DNA of 64,000 nucleotides, taken from contig NC_058373.1 in NCBI RefSeq assembly GCF_018350175.1, positions 99,760,001 to 99,824,000 on the forward strand, read 5' to 3'. The DNA is from Felis catus. Taxonomy: Eukaryota. This document shows positions 47,461-60,920 of the stretch, in pieces. Each line of letters starts with the position of its first letter. The first letter of the stretch is position 1. Position numbers and translations under genes: made by a program. A model generated the notes under the pieces. It did no database searches. It had not been told where the DNA came from and saw nothing but the letters and a program-made list of their open reading frames with translations.

Positions 47461-49475
47461 GGAAATAAAGTACGAAGCAACTCTGCAAAGACGAAGTACA
47501 AAAATGTGTAAATTTTGCTATGGTGACAAAATCGACTACATAAGGTATCTATGTGTGCGTGTGTGTGCACATGTGTGTGCACGTGTATGTATGTGTTTGA
47601 GAGAAAGAGAGAAAGAGAGTTTCATGCAACAGAAGTAGCCAAGTTGTGTTTCTTTGAAGACAGATCTCACAACGACTTTGGTGACACACCCGGTCCGAGA
47701 TATCCCTGGACAGTCCATTGCCCAGACCCTTGTACGTCTGCCTAGGACACTGTGTGCTGCAGTCAGCTAAGGGTACTTCCTGTTGCTCTTTCAGAGAAGG
47801 CAGCCAAGTGACAAATCCAAAACAAAAATCATCACCCATTCCTGACTCACCCAATGTTTTGCATAGACCGTGGGTTCATTTATTTGCTTATTGACTTAAA
47901 TCTGATATAAGCCATAACGCTACTGATCGAATCAACCAGTTTTTTAGATTGCCTTTGCTATTATAATTGCAACTGGAAAAAAAGTGATCTCCTACCCATT
48001 TACCTTGGAGGCTGTTTCCTCACACCAGCTCGTGTTTTCTGAAGGATAACAAATGAAAAATGTTCTCACCACTCATTTGACCCACTGTTGATTTTCTGGG
48101 CTGCACATTGTGAATTAGCATTCAAACAGCCTTTCCAAAATGACAAGTCATTGACAGAGGGGCCAAGGGATTTCAGAGGCCCCACGGTTCAGATTTCTTC
48201 TTGGTGCGATGCGTCCGGATCGCTTGCTTGCTTAGCGTGCAGGAATGCTTCATTTACACGCTACTTTTGCAAACTAATAAACACTCCTTCCTAGTGCAGA
48301 GCTAGCTGGCAGAAGCCGGGACTTAGTGTTTGGGGGGCTCTTTTTAAGCTTACCACAGGCGATAAAGCAGAGAATTCTGTTCCTAAGAATCATCACAAAT
48401 TTATAAATATTGCATGCCAGTAAATGCTATAGTAAGATGGGATTTCTGTTTGGTAGGATTGGTGACTATGATATGCACATCAGGCCTTCTGAAATAAGGA
48501 GAGAGTACTTACTTCTTAAGCAGAGTAAACAGTAAAATTCATAACATTTTCCTACACACTCATTACTCAGAATTTTCTGGAGCACAACCTTTCCTGATGG
48601 AATATAAATTTGGGGGCAGGAACATGGTCCTACTCACTTAGCACAGGGCCCAGCACCTAGTTGGTACTAGTTAAGAATGGTGATAGGTGGTCACATGGAT
48701 CATGGATTGCATCATCCAACCAAGACAGACGAACCATGCAGGTTCTATCTCTAGTCTTAGAAGATTGAACAACAAAACAAAAAGAACTATGCTAGGATTC
48801 TAATCATCCTCAACCAAGAAAACCATCTTTTTACATAGGAAGAAATCATAAGCACAGTGAAACAAGACTATTTCACATTAAAATCCATAGTGATAAATAG
48901 CTCATGAACAATTTACCCATTGATCTCTAAAGAACAATTCTTTATAATGACGGGCAAGGACCAAGATACTAGTTTTTATGTGTGTGCATATGCACACTTA
49001 CAAAACAGAAAACATTTACTTTCATTTATAGCCCTAAACCTTCCAAACTTTAGGTCAATGGGCCGTGGTACTTAAGGGGGACTTTCCTTGCTAAGCAGCT
49101 TCATGGGCCCAGGGATGTAAATTAGGTTATAAGCAGGATGGTAGAGTGGAATAGTTCTGTTTAGTAACAGAGAGAGGACTTTGCAGTCTGAAGGCGGTCA
49201 GTGCACAGCAGAAATACATTTGAAAAAGAGAAGAGCTTAAAACACTGGTGTACTTCTTTTACAGAAGAAAGATCAGAGAGAAACTCCTGTGAATACATGG
49301 CCAAGAACCAGGAAAGGCCTTTGGGAAACAATTGTCTAATTAGTGTTTAAGCTGTTTGCTATGAGATTTATGACATAAAATGCCTCCCCCATGTCCTGAA
49401 CAAAATCTTCAGTTTACATTGCTGTATGAGTGAGTGCTATTTAAAGATCTAAGAGACACGCTGAGTTCTGTTTCT

Positions 49476-49675
49476 TTTCTTTTTTTAAGTTTTATTTATT
49501 TATTTTGAGAGAAAGAGAGAACAGAAGAGGGGCAGAGAGAGGGAGTGAGAGAATCCCAAGCTCTGTGCTGTCAGAGCAGAACCCGACGTGGGGCTCGATC
49601 TCATGAACCGTGAGATCATGACCTGAGCCAAAACCAAGAGTCAGATGCTTGACCAAATGAGCCATCTCAGAGCCT
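49476..49675 (-). mobile_element. CAN-SINE
   Basis: Exact 15-bp TSD ctgagttctgtttct. Confidence 0.92.
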
Positions 49676-49775
49676 CTGAGTTCTGTTTCTGGGTTTACAT
49701 GGAGGAGAAAAGGGAAAGGGACACAGGCAAAGGAGGTAGAGGATGCCGGTTCATCTGATTCCCTGGTAGTCCTTC

Positions 49776-50645
49776 TTGGATGTTTTTTAAGAATCTCAAA
49801 CTTAACATGGTCAAAACAGAACTCTATTCTGCTCCTTCCCCAGGCTTCCTCATGTTATTAAATGGCACCACACCCAGCAGGCTGCTCAAACCAAATACCT
49901 GCATATCTGCTTTCCTTCCTCACCTTCTTGTACTCCTTACTTATAATCCATCAGTAAGTCCTGCCAACTCCACCCCACAAACGTATCCATCCACTTGGCC
50001 ACCCTTGTGCAAAATCCTATGTCTGTCAGGAGCTACAGCAATAGCCTCCAGATCCCCTTACTTCTGCTTTTACCAACCACACCCACCCTGCACTGACTTA
50101 GTTTCTTCTTCATGTAATGGCTATAGTGATCCTTAAAACTCAAGATCATATCATGTCCCTCCCATGCTTAAAGCCCTCCAATATTTGTCCATCCTACTGA
50201 GAATGCAATCTTCCTTCACCATGGCCTACAAATGACCTTGTGACCTGACCCACCCATTGGGCCACGTCTTACCCCTCTCTCCCGTTCCTCTTTTATCTCA
50301 GCAGTGCTGCATTACTTCTGTTTCTCAAATGCCTTTGCCACAAGAGCGTCCCCTTTTCCTGGAATATTCTTCCTCCGGATTTTTGCATAGCGAGCTCCTT
50401 TTTAAACAAAATCTCAGCTCAAATGATACTTCCTTAAAAAATCGTTCCCTATTCTAGTGCAGCCATCCTTTCACCAGAAACTCTCTATCACATGACCCTG
50501 ATTTATGATCTCCATAGCACTTATCACTATTGGATATTTTTTCCACCTCCATTTTCTACCTTCCCTCATCAGAATGTACAATTCATTGAGGCAGGAACTG
50601 TATTGTTCACTACTATGTCTCAAGACAATGCCTGGCACATAGTAG
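49776..50645 (+). mobile_element. L2 LINE 3' portion
   Basis: 'atctcaaacttaacatggtcaaaacagaactc', 'aatggcacca', 'gcttaaagccctccaat', 'tgcctggcacatagtag'. Confidence 0.8.
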
Positions 50646-50667
50646 AAATTTAGTAGATTCTAGGTGA

Positions 50668-50885
50668 GAGGCAGCATAACATAGTGGTTATACATCTGAA
50701 CTCTGGCAGCACTGCCATTTACTAGCTGTGCAACCTTAGATTGCTAACTTAACCTCTCTCATTCCTCATCTATAAAATGAGATGTTGATAATAGCATTTG
50801 CCTCATCGGGTTTTTGTGTGGATTATGTGAGTTAATCTATTTTAAATGTTTAGAGAAATTCCTGGCATATGGCTAGCTATTATTC
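50668..50885 (+). mobile_element. MIR SINE
   Basis: 'gaggcagcataacatagtggtta...ttactagctgtgcaacctt...ttcctcatctataaaatgagat'. Confidence 0.8.
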
Positions 50886-51300
50886 ATGTACTCTGATCTT
50901 CCCTTAATTTCTTCTGCATAGGCAGAAAAAAAAATCCTCTATCTTCAGACTTTGGATTCATTAATAGCCAGCAACATACACCATATGATTTCTATACTTT
51001 CCTAAGGTGGCCTAGAAAAGAATAGCAAAGGGGCATGAATGTTCTCACTTTGTGGCTGGGAGAATATCCCAAGAGCACATGACCAGAGGCCTTTGAGGTT
51101 ACAAACCTTACAAAAGTTAAAGACTCAGGAGTGTGAGAGTAGGAGCCTCAGCATCCTTCCCTTGTAAATCATCAGAGAGCTCATGACCTTTTCTACAGGT
51201 GTAATAATCTGTTATTTTCAAATATATTATCACTAGGGTAAGATGAACTCTACCACACTTTTAACATATCCCTCCCCCACCAAGTAAGCTTCTTGTTGGT

Positions 51301-51649
51301 AGGGTTGCCAGTTAAATTACAAGACACCAATAAATTTGAACTTCAGATAAACAAGAAATTGGTTTTTTTTAATTTATGTTTATTTATTTTTGAGAGAGAG
51401 ACACACACACACAGAGTGCGGGCAGCAGAGGGGCAGAGAGAGAGAGGGAGACAGAATCCGAAGCAGGCTGCAGTCTCTGAGATCTCAGCACAGAGCCTGA
51501 CGCGGTGCTCAGACTCACAGACCACGAGATCACGACCTGAGCTGAAGTCAGATGCCCATCCGACTGAGCCACCCAGGCACCCTGAAATCATTTTTTTATC
51601 TGAAATTCAAATTTAACTAAATGTCCTATATTTTTATTTGCTACATCTG
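51301..51649. mobile_element. MER53-like palindromic MITE with a SINE inserted at its centre
   Basis: Arms agggttgccag...aaatttgaacttcagataaa and tttatctgaaattcaaatttaac...tttatttgctacatctg are inverted repeats. Confidence 0.75.
51363..51582 (-). mobile_element. CAN-SINE (SINEC_Fc-like)
   Basis: Reverse SINE ending gagccacccaggcacccc. Confidence 0.92.
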
Positions 51650-52053
51650 AATGATGGGCACTGAAGGACGCTGGGCCTGGTATCAGAAAGAGGCTTTCCA
51701 ACAGACAGATCTGGGATCAAATCTGAATTCTTGGATGTAATATGCAAGCGACTTGAGCAAGTTACTTAACTCTCACTGAGCTTCAGTTTCCTCATCTATA
51801 AACAAACCTACCATAAAGAGTGTCTATGAGGCTCTATGAGGTAGACTTTGGGAGAACACTTAGCATAGTGCCAGAGGGATGGATAAATAGGAGATTTGAA
51901 AAAAACATCAGTCTGCCTTCCATCCCTTCTGATGCTTCAGGTCTGATCTCTGGCTGAGATGCTGAAAGCCAATTTTTGTCAAGGATAATAAGAATCAGTC
52001 TTAAGGGCAATCGAGTTAAGGAAATAAAATGATATTTAAACATCACATTGCCC

Positions 52054-52510
52054 TGTATCCATTATCTATTGCCACATTAATGCTGTATAACAAACAACTA
52101 TGAAACTTCAGTGGAATTCAATGGTAACATCTATTCTTATTCATAAGTCTAGGGTTGGCTCAGCGATTGTGTTGATATGAACTGAACCAGTTGGGCTCAC
52201 TTATATACCTGTGGTCAGCTCTCAGCTGGCGGTGGACTGGCTGGTCTAGGATAACCTCAGCTGGGATGACTTACTCTGTGCTACCTGGTCTCCCATCCTG
52301 CAATAGGCTTCCCCGGGCCTGCTCTTGAGAGAAAGATAAGGGTCTGAGCAAAGGAGCAGAAATATGCAAGTGGTTTTGTAAGACCATTTGTGCTGTTGGC
52401 TAAAGCGAGGCATGTGGCCAAGGTCAGATCAAGTTAGAAGGACACTACCAAAACATATAAATATATAGAAGAATGAAACAGTGGGACCATTAGCAATCTA
52501 CAACATCCCA
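52054..52510 (-). mobile_element. MaLR LTR (MLT1-type)
   Basis: 'tgtatccattatctattgc...gctgtataacaaacaac...ggctggtctaggataacctcagctgggatgact'. Confidence 0.7.
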
Positions 52511-52937
52511 CTACATGGACTTCGTAGAGGAAAATTTTTAATTTAAGAGGGTAACAAATGAAGGCATATACACCATAGTAGACACCTGTTGAGAGGCCTG
52601 CCCTGCCCACCATCTCTGGGAGATGCCCAGGCAAACAACAGGAGTTGGTTCCTGGCAGCCTTGCTTATGCTGTGTGATCCTACAACCTGGTTTTGAATGA
52701 CCTGCTACAGGGGGAACCCCTGACCCAAGCTGACCTGGTCACCTTCTCTTTTGGGGATTTAGGAATGGAACCAAGACAGAATCTCAGGAGCCAAGAGAGT
52801 TGAGTCAGGTGTGTGTGATGGCACCTACAACATGTAGCCTTGGGCACTCTGGGGAGGCTGCGCTTTCCACATGAACTGAGGAGCAGAGAAAACAGCCAGT
52901 CTCTTGGCCAGAAGAGAAAGCCAGACGAAGCAAATGT

Positions 52938-53361
52938 TGTATTGGTTTCCCACCGATGCAGTCATAAATCGCAACAAACTTGGTGGCTTAAACAAGTCAG
53001 TTATTATTTTACGCGTCTGAAGGTCAGAGGTCTCAAATGGGTTGGCAGGGTTGCATTCCTTGCCTTTTCCGTCTTCTCAAGGCTGGCTGCATCCCTTGGT
53101 TTATGGTTGCAACACCACAACCTCTGCTTCCATTGTCACATCTCCTCTTCTGACTGACTCTCCTATCTCTCTCTTTTAAGGACCCTTGTGATTACACTGG
53201 GCTCCCTTGGGTAATCCAGGATGCTCTCCCCATCTCAAGACAGGGATCTCAAGATCTTTCACTTGATCATATCTGCAGAGTCCCTCTTGCTATGTAAAAT
53301 AGCATTTTCACAGGTTTCAGGGATTAGGACATCTGTGGAGGCCATTATCCTGCCCACCACA
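52938..53361 (-). mobile_element. MaLR LTR (MLT1C/D-like)
   Basis: tgtattggtttcc...aaacttggtggcttaaa...aaggacccttgtgattacactggg...ggattaggacat...cctgcccaccaca; TG...CA ends. Confidence 0.85.
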
Positions 53362-54204
53362 TATGCTCATGAGGAACAGAGACGAAAGGTAAAGAAAAGG
53401 CTTCAAAAGCCTTCTGCTTCTTGATCTAGTCATGGTATTTCTTCACTCCTGCCCTTGGGTGCCTTGACACACTCTTATATCCTTATAAGAAGTCTTTTGG
53501 GTGATGACTGCTTGGAGTGCCCTGTTGAGAAAAGTTCTGAAGGCTTATTGGAATGAATGATCATTAACAATGTCTTGACTTATATTTGTCACAAATCCAT
53601 CAGCCTTGCTCTAGATTAGAGAAAGTAGAATTAGCACGGCTCAGTGTGAAGAATAATTTTTTCTTATCAAAACAGGGCTTAAACCATGAAACTTTAAATC
53701 CTGGTCAATGATAGCTGAATTGGAATTAAGGGATATCCCTCAAGGGACTGTCCGTAACATGTAACCTGGGGGCTGTGAGTGGGCTGCATTTTACCATGTA
53801 CCAGATCTTAGAAGACAAAAGAGAAAAAAAGAAAAATTCAACTTGGTGATTCTTCCACCCAATACCTTTCCCTTTGATCACAACAGCTAGGGCCCAGTCA
53901 CAAACCCACATAGAATGTCTCCTCCTCAGTAGCATGGCCACAGCCAGGAGGCAATCTGTGTCACTACTCAAAACATTTTTCCTTGTCAGAGCATCTTCTC
54001 ACACAGGAAGACCATTGGTTTCCGGAGCTCCAAGTTTTATTTCTGTCAGTTTTGTTTAGTGCTGTGTGCCAGGAGCTCACTTATGCCCAGTTCCTTGGTT
54101 TGGCTTTTATAGGGAATTCTGCCAAGTGACACTTAGTAACGTTACTGATCACTTTCTCCAGGGTTCTCAGTGACTTGATGGTGTTGAAATTATACTGTCT
54201 CACC

Positions 54205-54238
<34 letters not shown>
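54205..54238. repeat. (AGAA)n microsatellite
   Basis: Direct reading. Confidence 0.95.
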
Positions 54239-55501
54239 CAAGCTTGTAGTGCCTAGGAACCGAGGAGCAAACATAGGGTGGGCTAGAGGGTATTGTTCTG
54301 TTTTTTAAGTGATATCGAGAATTCAAACTCTCTCAGAACCAGTAAGAACACTTAATAGGAGATGAGACAGACCAAATACCCTTAACAAAAGAGACTCCTT
54401 CCTATTAACTGTCTGGATGTCCCTTTTCATGAGGAATTCTTTCCTCTCCGAAGATTTAAGGAGGGATATGTGATTTAATCCCCCACCGTAGCTTTTAAAC
54501 TCTGTAGAATGAGTGTTTACAAAGTAGGATCTTTTCCTAGATATTGTAAAAGAGATGTCTGTGAGTATGTTTTGCCAAGAAATTAAAACTCAGTGTTTGC
54601 CAAGGAGCATAAATATACTTGGCAGAATCCAGAGGCTCAGTAGCAGAGATAAAAGTAATTGTTCCCTTCAGCCAATTGCTCACACTTATTACAAAACATT
54701 TGTCTTCCCCTGGGGTGGATTTTTTCCCCTCTCACCGTCTGGCTCTGGGAGATATTGTCCTCTGGCTCTGGAAGGCCCATGAGACAAACTTTGAAGTGAG
54801 ACACGCTGAGCCCCATAATTACTTCTTTATGTAGCTCCAGATGCATAGAGACCGGCGGAGGCTCAATTATTGACCTGAGACATTTCATCTCAGTAACCTG
54901 CTATTTTCTCCTTCAATAACGATCAATTGTTAAGAAAGACATTTATGTTTTAACAGCGTCATTCTTTCCAGTGCTTTAAAATCTGATTTGATTCTCTGCA
55001 GCTCTCTGGGCTTTATATAAACGTCAGTAAACTGAATGGGTTGTCAACACTTGGCCCGGTGATCAGTTAACAGGAGATTTCTTAGCTTTATATTCAATGA
55101 AGCAGCTCAGGCACTGCTGATATTAACATTCTGATGCTTTTAAGATTTTTCCCTCAACCCCTGCATATGTCCCCAAAGACTATCACCCTGGGAGAAAAAC
55201 AACCACAATGGCCTGATTCTGAGCAAAACCTCTTTGTTCTTCCTTTTACTGTGACATGTGCCCAAAACAACCAATTATCAGGAAACTAAACTTTTTCATA
55301 CACCCCAATTTAAGATTGCTTCTCTTGAAACTGGAGAGAACGTGTTAACATGACTTAAAGGTGAAAAAAGCCTAACATTTCAGCAAGAACTTGAGTCATC
55401 ATCAGTAACTCAAATTTGATACTATGCGACAGTTCGTTCAATTCACTCTTTGTACTTGACGATCCTACAGCTGTATTTCTTTTAAAAATAGTCTAAAATC
55501 T

Positions 55502-55713
55502 GAGGCGCCTGGGTGGCTTAGTCCGTGGGGCGTCTGACTTCAGCTCAGGTCATGATCTCGCAGTTTGTGAGTTCGAGCCCCGCCTCGGGCTCTGGGCTGA
55601 TGGCTCAGAGCCTGGAGCCTGCTTCGGATTCTGTGTCTCCCTCTCTCTCTCTGCCCCTCCCCTGCTCATGGTCTGTATCTCTCTGTCTCTCAATAATAAG
55701 TGAACGTTAAAAA
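55502..55713 (+). mobile_element. CAN-SINE (SINEC_Fc-like)
   Basis: Exact 18-bp TSD aaaaatagtctaaaatct. Confidence 0.95.
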
Positions 55714-58347
55714 AAAAATAGTCTAAAATCTTGCTAAATTCCTCGTGTGTTTAGTACTATAGTTTCTGTGTACTCATCTCTCTTTTCCTCTAAACTACGA
55801 GTTCTTAGAGGGGCAGTACCTCAAAGCATTGCCACATTCGTTCCCTGTCCTTTAGGAGCTTAGGCAATAGGAGGAGGAAACCCTACACAAGGAGCTATCC
55901 TTATTTTCTAATGCCACCCTCTTCTGTTTCCTCTTCTATTTCTTCTCTCAGTCACTGCTACCCTTGCAAAAAACATAAACACTTCTTATTATTCATTATT
56001 TAGCTTTTGACAAAAGCTTCTCCAAAATAAAAAGTCACCCCAAACTGTTTATAAAAAAAAAAAAGTAATGTATAACGACACATCATTCCTATAAATCATA
56101 ATAAAATACAGGAAAGCTACTACTTGGAATTCCTGGGACTAGGCAGTGGCGTAGAAAAGAGGAAAGAAGGAATTTTCTTTTAAGGGAACGGCCAAAGCAG
56201 GCCATTTGGCACCATTTTGACACCATAGATCATACTTTAAATAGAAGTTGCCCATTGCGGATTTTAGATTATAAATTAATTTTAAAAGTCAAACATCCTG
56301 GGGAAACATTTTTAGTCTGTTAATAATATTATTACTGAGATCTTTTCCCGCAAAACTACAAATAAAAGGGTATGAAATATCACGGTTCTACCCATTTTAT
56401 GGTCTTGACAAGAAGTTATACTTACACAAGGTAAAGTCAAGTTTATTCCAGGAAAAAGAAAAAATAAAATAGGAACAAGTTGAAATTTACCATTAAGATT
56501 TTCAGATGATAAGCCACTTAAGAATAACTACTTTTCACCTTTCTTTAGCAAACATAATATACCAACACTTGGATCTGTACAAATAGTAACCTAGGATATA
56601 CTTCTTTGACGACATGAAGTAAAATTTAAGTATCCAATTTTTCTATTAAGCAGTTTATAAACATAATTTAGTATTTTATGTGTGACATTAAACAAAGTAT
56701 ATAATGGGAAATAGCCTCCCTTATGAGTAAAACACAAATCTTCCAAGATTTTAGCAGAAAACCAAAATCCCAGAAAGTCACTCCAGGATGGGAATCCCCT
56801 TCGGTTTTCCACATGTTAATCCCCAACCAAAACTCTGACTCAAGAATAGACACACCCTCCATTCTTTAGTTCCCCTTGACCCAGTTGAAACTGATTTGAT
56901 TTTTTTGTGCTTGTAAACGCGTACTGTGTTGCTCTCAATTTTGTTGCGGTTTATCATTGATATTTAAAAAAATACTTGACTAAATAAGGGAGAACATGAG
57001 AAATAATTATGGAAAATCCAAACTAAAAAAACAGGCACGTTTCCAAAGCACATATTTCTGATCCTAAAATAACCTCCCTTTAGCCCTGAAGGACCAGTAG
57101 AACTTTGCAGACACCTTGCCCAGTTCCCACCTTCCGTTTCATGCATTTTCCTTGTTTGCCAAGAAGTCTTAGAACCTATGAGAACCAATCTAGAATGACT
57201 TAACTTTAGACAACATTATGACCTTTCCTTTTCTTTCCTTTCTTTAAATTTCCTTTCCCCACAGATTTTCCACTTATACCTAGTTTCCCATCTGAGGGAC
57301 ACAAATAATTTATAGGGACATGATAATTTGAATAATGAATTGTCCATCTCTTTCTAGCCCAATTTACTGGCTCTGCCCACTTTTGTATGAGGCAATGATT
57401 CTGACATTTCACCAAATGTAGAAACAACTGTGTGTTATCTCTGAACTGGACAACAGCCATTGCATGCACACAATACCATGGCTTCCTCCACACCCCTGGC
57501 CTTGGAAGGCATGTAACTCAGGGCAACCCAGGTTGCCCATGTCTTATCCATAAAACCATTCACATCAGCTGAGTATGTGAAGGACAAAGCCCCCCCAAAC
57601 GGCAAGAACAAATGACATGACACACTTGAAAAGAAAGGAGCCAGAGCACTGACCATTTCTGCAGCAAAGGCGGTGGGGGTGGGGGTGAGGGAGGGGGCGG
57701 GGGCGTCAGGAAATGAATCTTCAGGCGAACAGCTCAGGGAGAACTGGGATTTGACTACATGTTGTTTATGTCTCACTGTGGAATGTTTCTAAATTCCATT
57801 CGTTGGACTTTTACTCGTATCTGAAACATAAACTAGGGAAAAGAATCCAAACAAAAAAAATAGCAACAAACTCTCTGTAATTAGAACAGGTTCTATATTT
57901 CTGCTTCGGTAGAAAAACTATAGCTAAAGAGTGGTAGTTTCTTATCAACTAATTAACTCTTGATATCCCAGAGAACATAGCAGAAACCAAAGATTGATGA
58001 GTTTTCATTTTTTCAGATGAGTTCTTTTCTGTTTTGTCTTTGCTGTCATACTCACCCTTGTCCCAAAGAAAGACAGGTGTTGAGAGTAAAGCCTTAAGGA
58101 GGATGGTCTTTTTACAAAATTACAAAGCCCTGACCTTCAGAATTGCTACAAATAAAATCCCTTTGCAAAGGGTCAAGCCATGCTTTCCCCATGCTGACTG
58201 TCACTCCTTAAGCCTCTATCCCCTACCCTTAAATTCCAGTGGGCAACTCCGACTCAGGTATTCACATTATCTGACCTTCAGAATTACCTTCCATGAAGTG
58301 TGTATGGAGAAAAAGTAAGATTTTCAGTGTTTCAACATAGTATCTGT

Positions 58348-58452
58348 GTTTTTTTTTTTTATTTAAATAATCTCTAAATCCAATGTGGGGCTCAAATTTA
58401 CAACACTGAAATCAAGAGTTGCACATTGCCAACTGAGCCAGCCAGGCACACC
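58348..58452 (-). mobile_element. Short tRNA(Lys)-like CAN-SINE
   Basis: Reverse complement resembles the 9668-9781 element; imperfect TSD aacat(a/g)gtat. Confidence 0.8.
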
Positions 58453-58516
58453 AAACATGGTATTTCTGAGTGAGATTTTTTTTTTTTCTTCACTGGCTTG
58501 TGACATTAACATTTTA

Positions 58517-58740
58517 TTTTTTTAATTTTTTTAAATGTTTATTTATTTTTGAGAGAGAGAGAGAGACAGAGTGTGAGCGGCGGAGGGGCAGAGAGAGGGA
58601 GACACCGAATTTGAAGCAGGCTCCAGGCTCTGAGCTGTCTGTCAGCACAGAGCCCGATGTGGGGCTCGAACTCATGAACTGTGAGATCATGACCTGAGCT
58701 GAAGTCAGACACTCAACCGACTGCACCACCCAGGTGCCCC
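58517..58740 (-). mobile_element. CAN-SINE (SINEC_Fc-like)
   Basis: TSD gtgac(a/c)ttaacatttta. Confidence 0.94.
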
Positions 58741-59744
58741 GTGACCTTAACATTTTAAACTATTTTCCATGAGAAAATTTTCTATCCTTTTAGTTATTCA
58801 AATGTCTCTTACCAGGAGTTAAATAGAAAAGAGCCTGAAACTGGTAAGATTTTTATAATCTCAGCGTGAACATTGAGTATATTTTCACTAAATTATGATG
58901 CTTCCATAACTTTTCTTGGCCCTAAGAATCACTTTACTCTGTGATGAAATGAAAGAGAGAAGATTGCATTGAGCCAAAGTTGGCGCAAGAGGAAATGGAT
59001 CCACGTCCTGAAGCTTTTTAATCAAAGCCCCTACGCTGGGCTCTACAACTGGCTTTTACCTCCAAGGAGACTACATTCTCATTTGGCCTGTTTCTTAGGA
59101 TGATATATTCGGGAAAACAGATCTCATTCCTCCTGATCTGTATATTAAGACAGACCCTAGTTAATGCCAAAGAAGTATGTTCTCACAATAATCATATTGG
59201 GAATTCTTTGAGGGGTTGTTTATTTATTTTTGTTCTCTTTTCTTTTTCAAAGGTGTTAAATATGCCAGGTAGTTCTGTGCTCTGATGCTCATGACACAGT
59301 GTTTTTCTTTTCATCACCGGCATTTTGGCGCTCATGGACCAGACCCTCACAGCCCTCGAGACAAAGTAGCCCTACCTGTTTATCACTGGAGTCAAGTACC
59401 TCTTCTGCCAGTTCCCACAATGTGACCTTCCTCTGAGCCTCTCTAGGTGCACTTTTCTCTGGACAGGCTTCTACTCTCTATTATACCAATGAAGACTCAT
59501 AGCTCTGGGGTCTTTCCACTCAGAAGGCATGATTTTGAGTTTGCCCATAGGCCTAGAAGAACAATGTGAACTGCCGATGCCCTGACCCCACAGTCTATGC
59601 CCGCTTTCAGTGTGGGCACGCTCAGACGGAAGTAAGGCGTGACGAAGCAGCCTTCTGTAAGGACAGCTGCTTCCCCAGTTATTCAGAGCACCTGAACCTT
59701 GACTTCTAGACTTGTGGCTTCCCAGAACTGTTATTCTTACAAAA

Positions 59745-59960
59745 TACCTAACTTTTATGGAGTACTCATAATATGCCAGGCATTTATGTAGACAGCTCAT
59801 TAAATCTTCACCACATTCCTACAGGGTAGGTTTCTCATCTCACAGATGAGAAACAGAAGCTCAGAGACGTTCAGAAAGTTGCTCAAGGTCATATAATATA
59901 AGAATTAGTAGCGATGGGGTACAAATACAAGAAGTTTGACTCCAGATCCCTTAGCCATCT
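59745..59960 (-). mobile_element. MIR SINE
   Basis: 'atgccaggcat...taaatcttcac...cagatgagaaacagaagctcagagacgttcagaaagttgctcaaggtcata'. Confidence 0.8.
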
Positions 59961-60629
59961 TTTGGGCAGTGGTTTACCCTTTGAATGAAAGAATAATAAT
60001 TAAGCAGAGTATCTGGAATGAAAGAATATAATTAATTAATTAAACATATATAAAAATAATAACAGCAGTGCTTACAAGAGTTCTTTAACTGAGGATTTTC
60101 TGTGAAAACTATAGAAGGATTAGTTGAGAATGACTGGGGTTAACTTAAAATATCCCATAAACTATATGAAAATGTATAGTGAGGTTCTTATATCATCTTC
60201 CAATTTCTCCTCTCTAGGGAGTTGATAAAAACCTTCACCAGGTGTGGTTAAGAGAATCATCTTTCTTCTTGTCCACTCTAAATGTCCCCCTCCCTGTTCA
60301 CTCTCCCAGATTCTCTTATCTCATGGTGTCATTGCCCCAGAATGATTTGGAATCACCCCAATCATTATCAATGGGTTACTAAGGAGGTTTGCAAAATGCC
60401 TGCCATAGATACTCTTAAACTTAGTACGTGGTTTCTCTCTCTTGGTCCCCGTCATCCCATCCCCTACTGCATTTGTCAATCCTGTAACACTTCATTTATA
60501 CCTCTGTTTCAAGAGCTCCATATCTTACATCTGTTTCTGTGCTATGTTCTGCCCTCTGTGGCAATGGAACAATTATTGTATTTTGCTTCTTTGGGCATGA
60601 AGTGTGGCTTCCTGACAGAGATCTTATAG

Positions 60630-60920
60630 CTGATATGGTTGGTGCCCCATCCATATCTTTTCAGCGTTCACCTCACTGAAGACTAAGAACACTTGTCATT
60701 CTCCACCGTAAGCCTTTCTTGCTGGGCAGGAAGTAAGCTTGCAGGCTGAGCCACAAGCGTCAGAGCCAATGACCCTGAGCGCAGTGCTCAATCCATTGGT
60801 AGATGGGGAAGAGGTAGAAAAATACTCTAACTTCCTCACTTCTGGTTGGTATAACTCTGAGGCATGTTCTACACCATCTCTCAGAGTTCCTCAGGTGCCA
60901 TGGCAAATCCAAGTAATACC
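60630..60920. mobile_element. ERVL-class LTR (LTR16-like)
   Basis: 'ggtgccccatccatatc...ataactctgaggcatgttctacaccatctctcagagttcctcag'. Confidence 0.6.
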
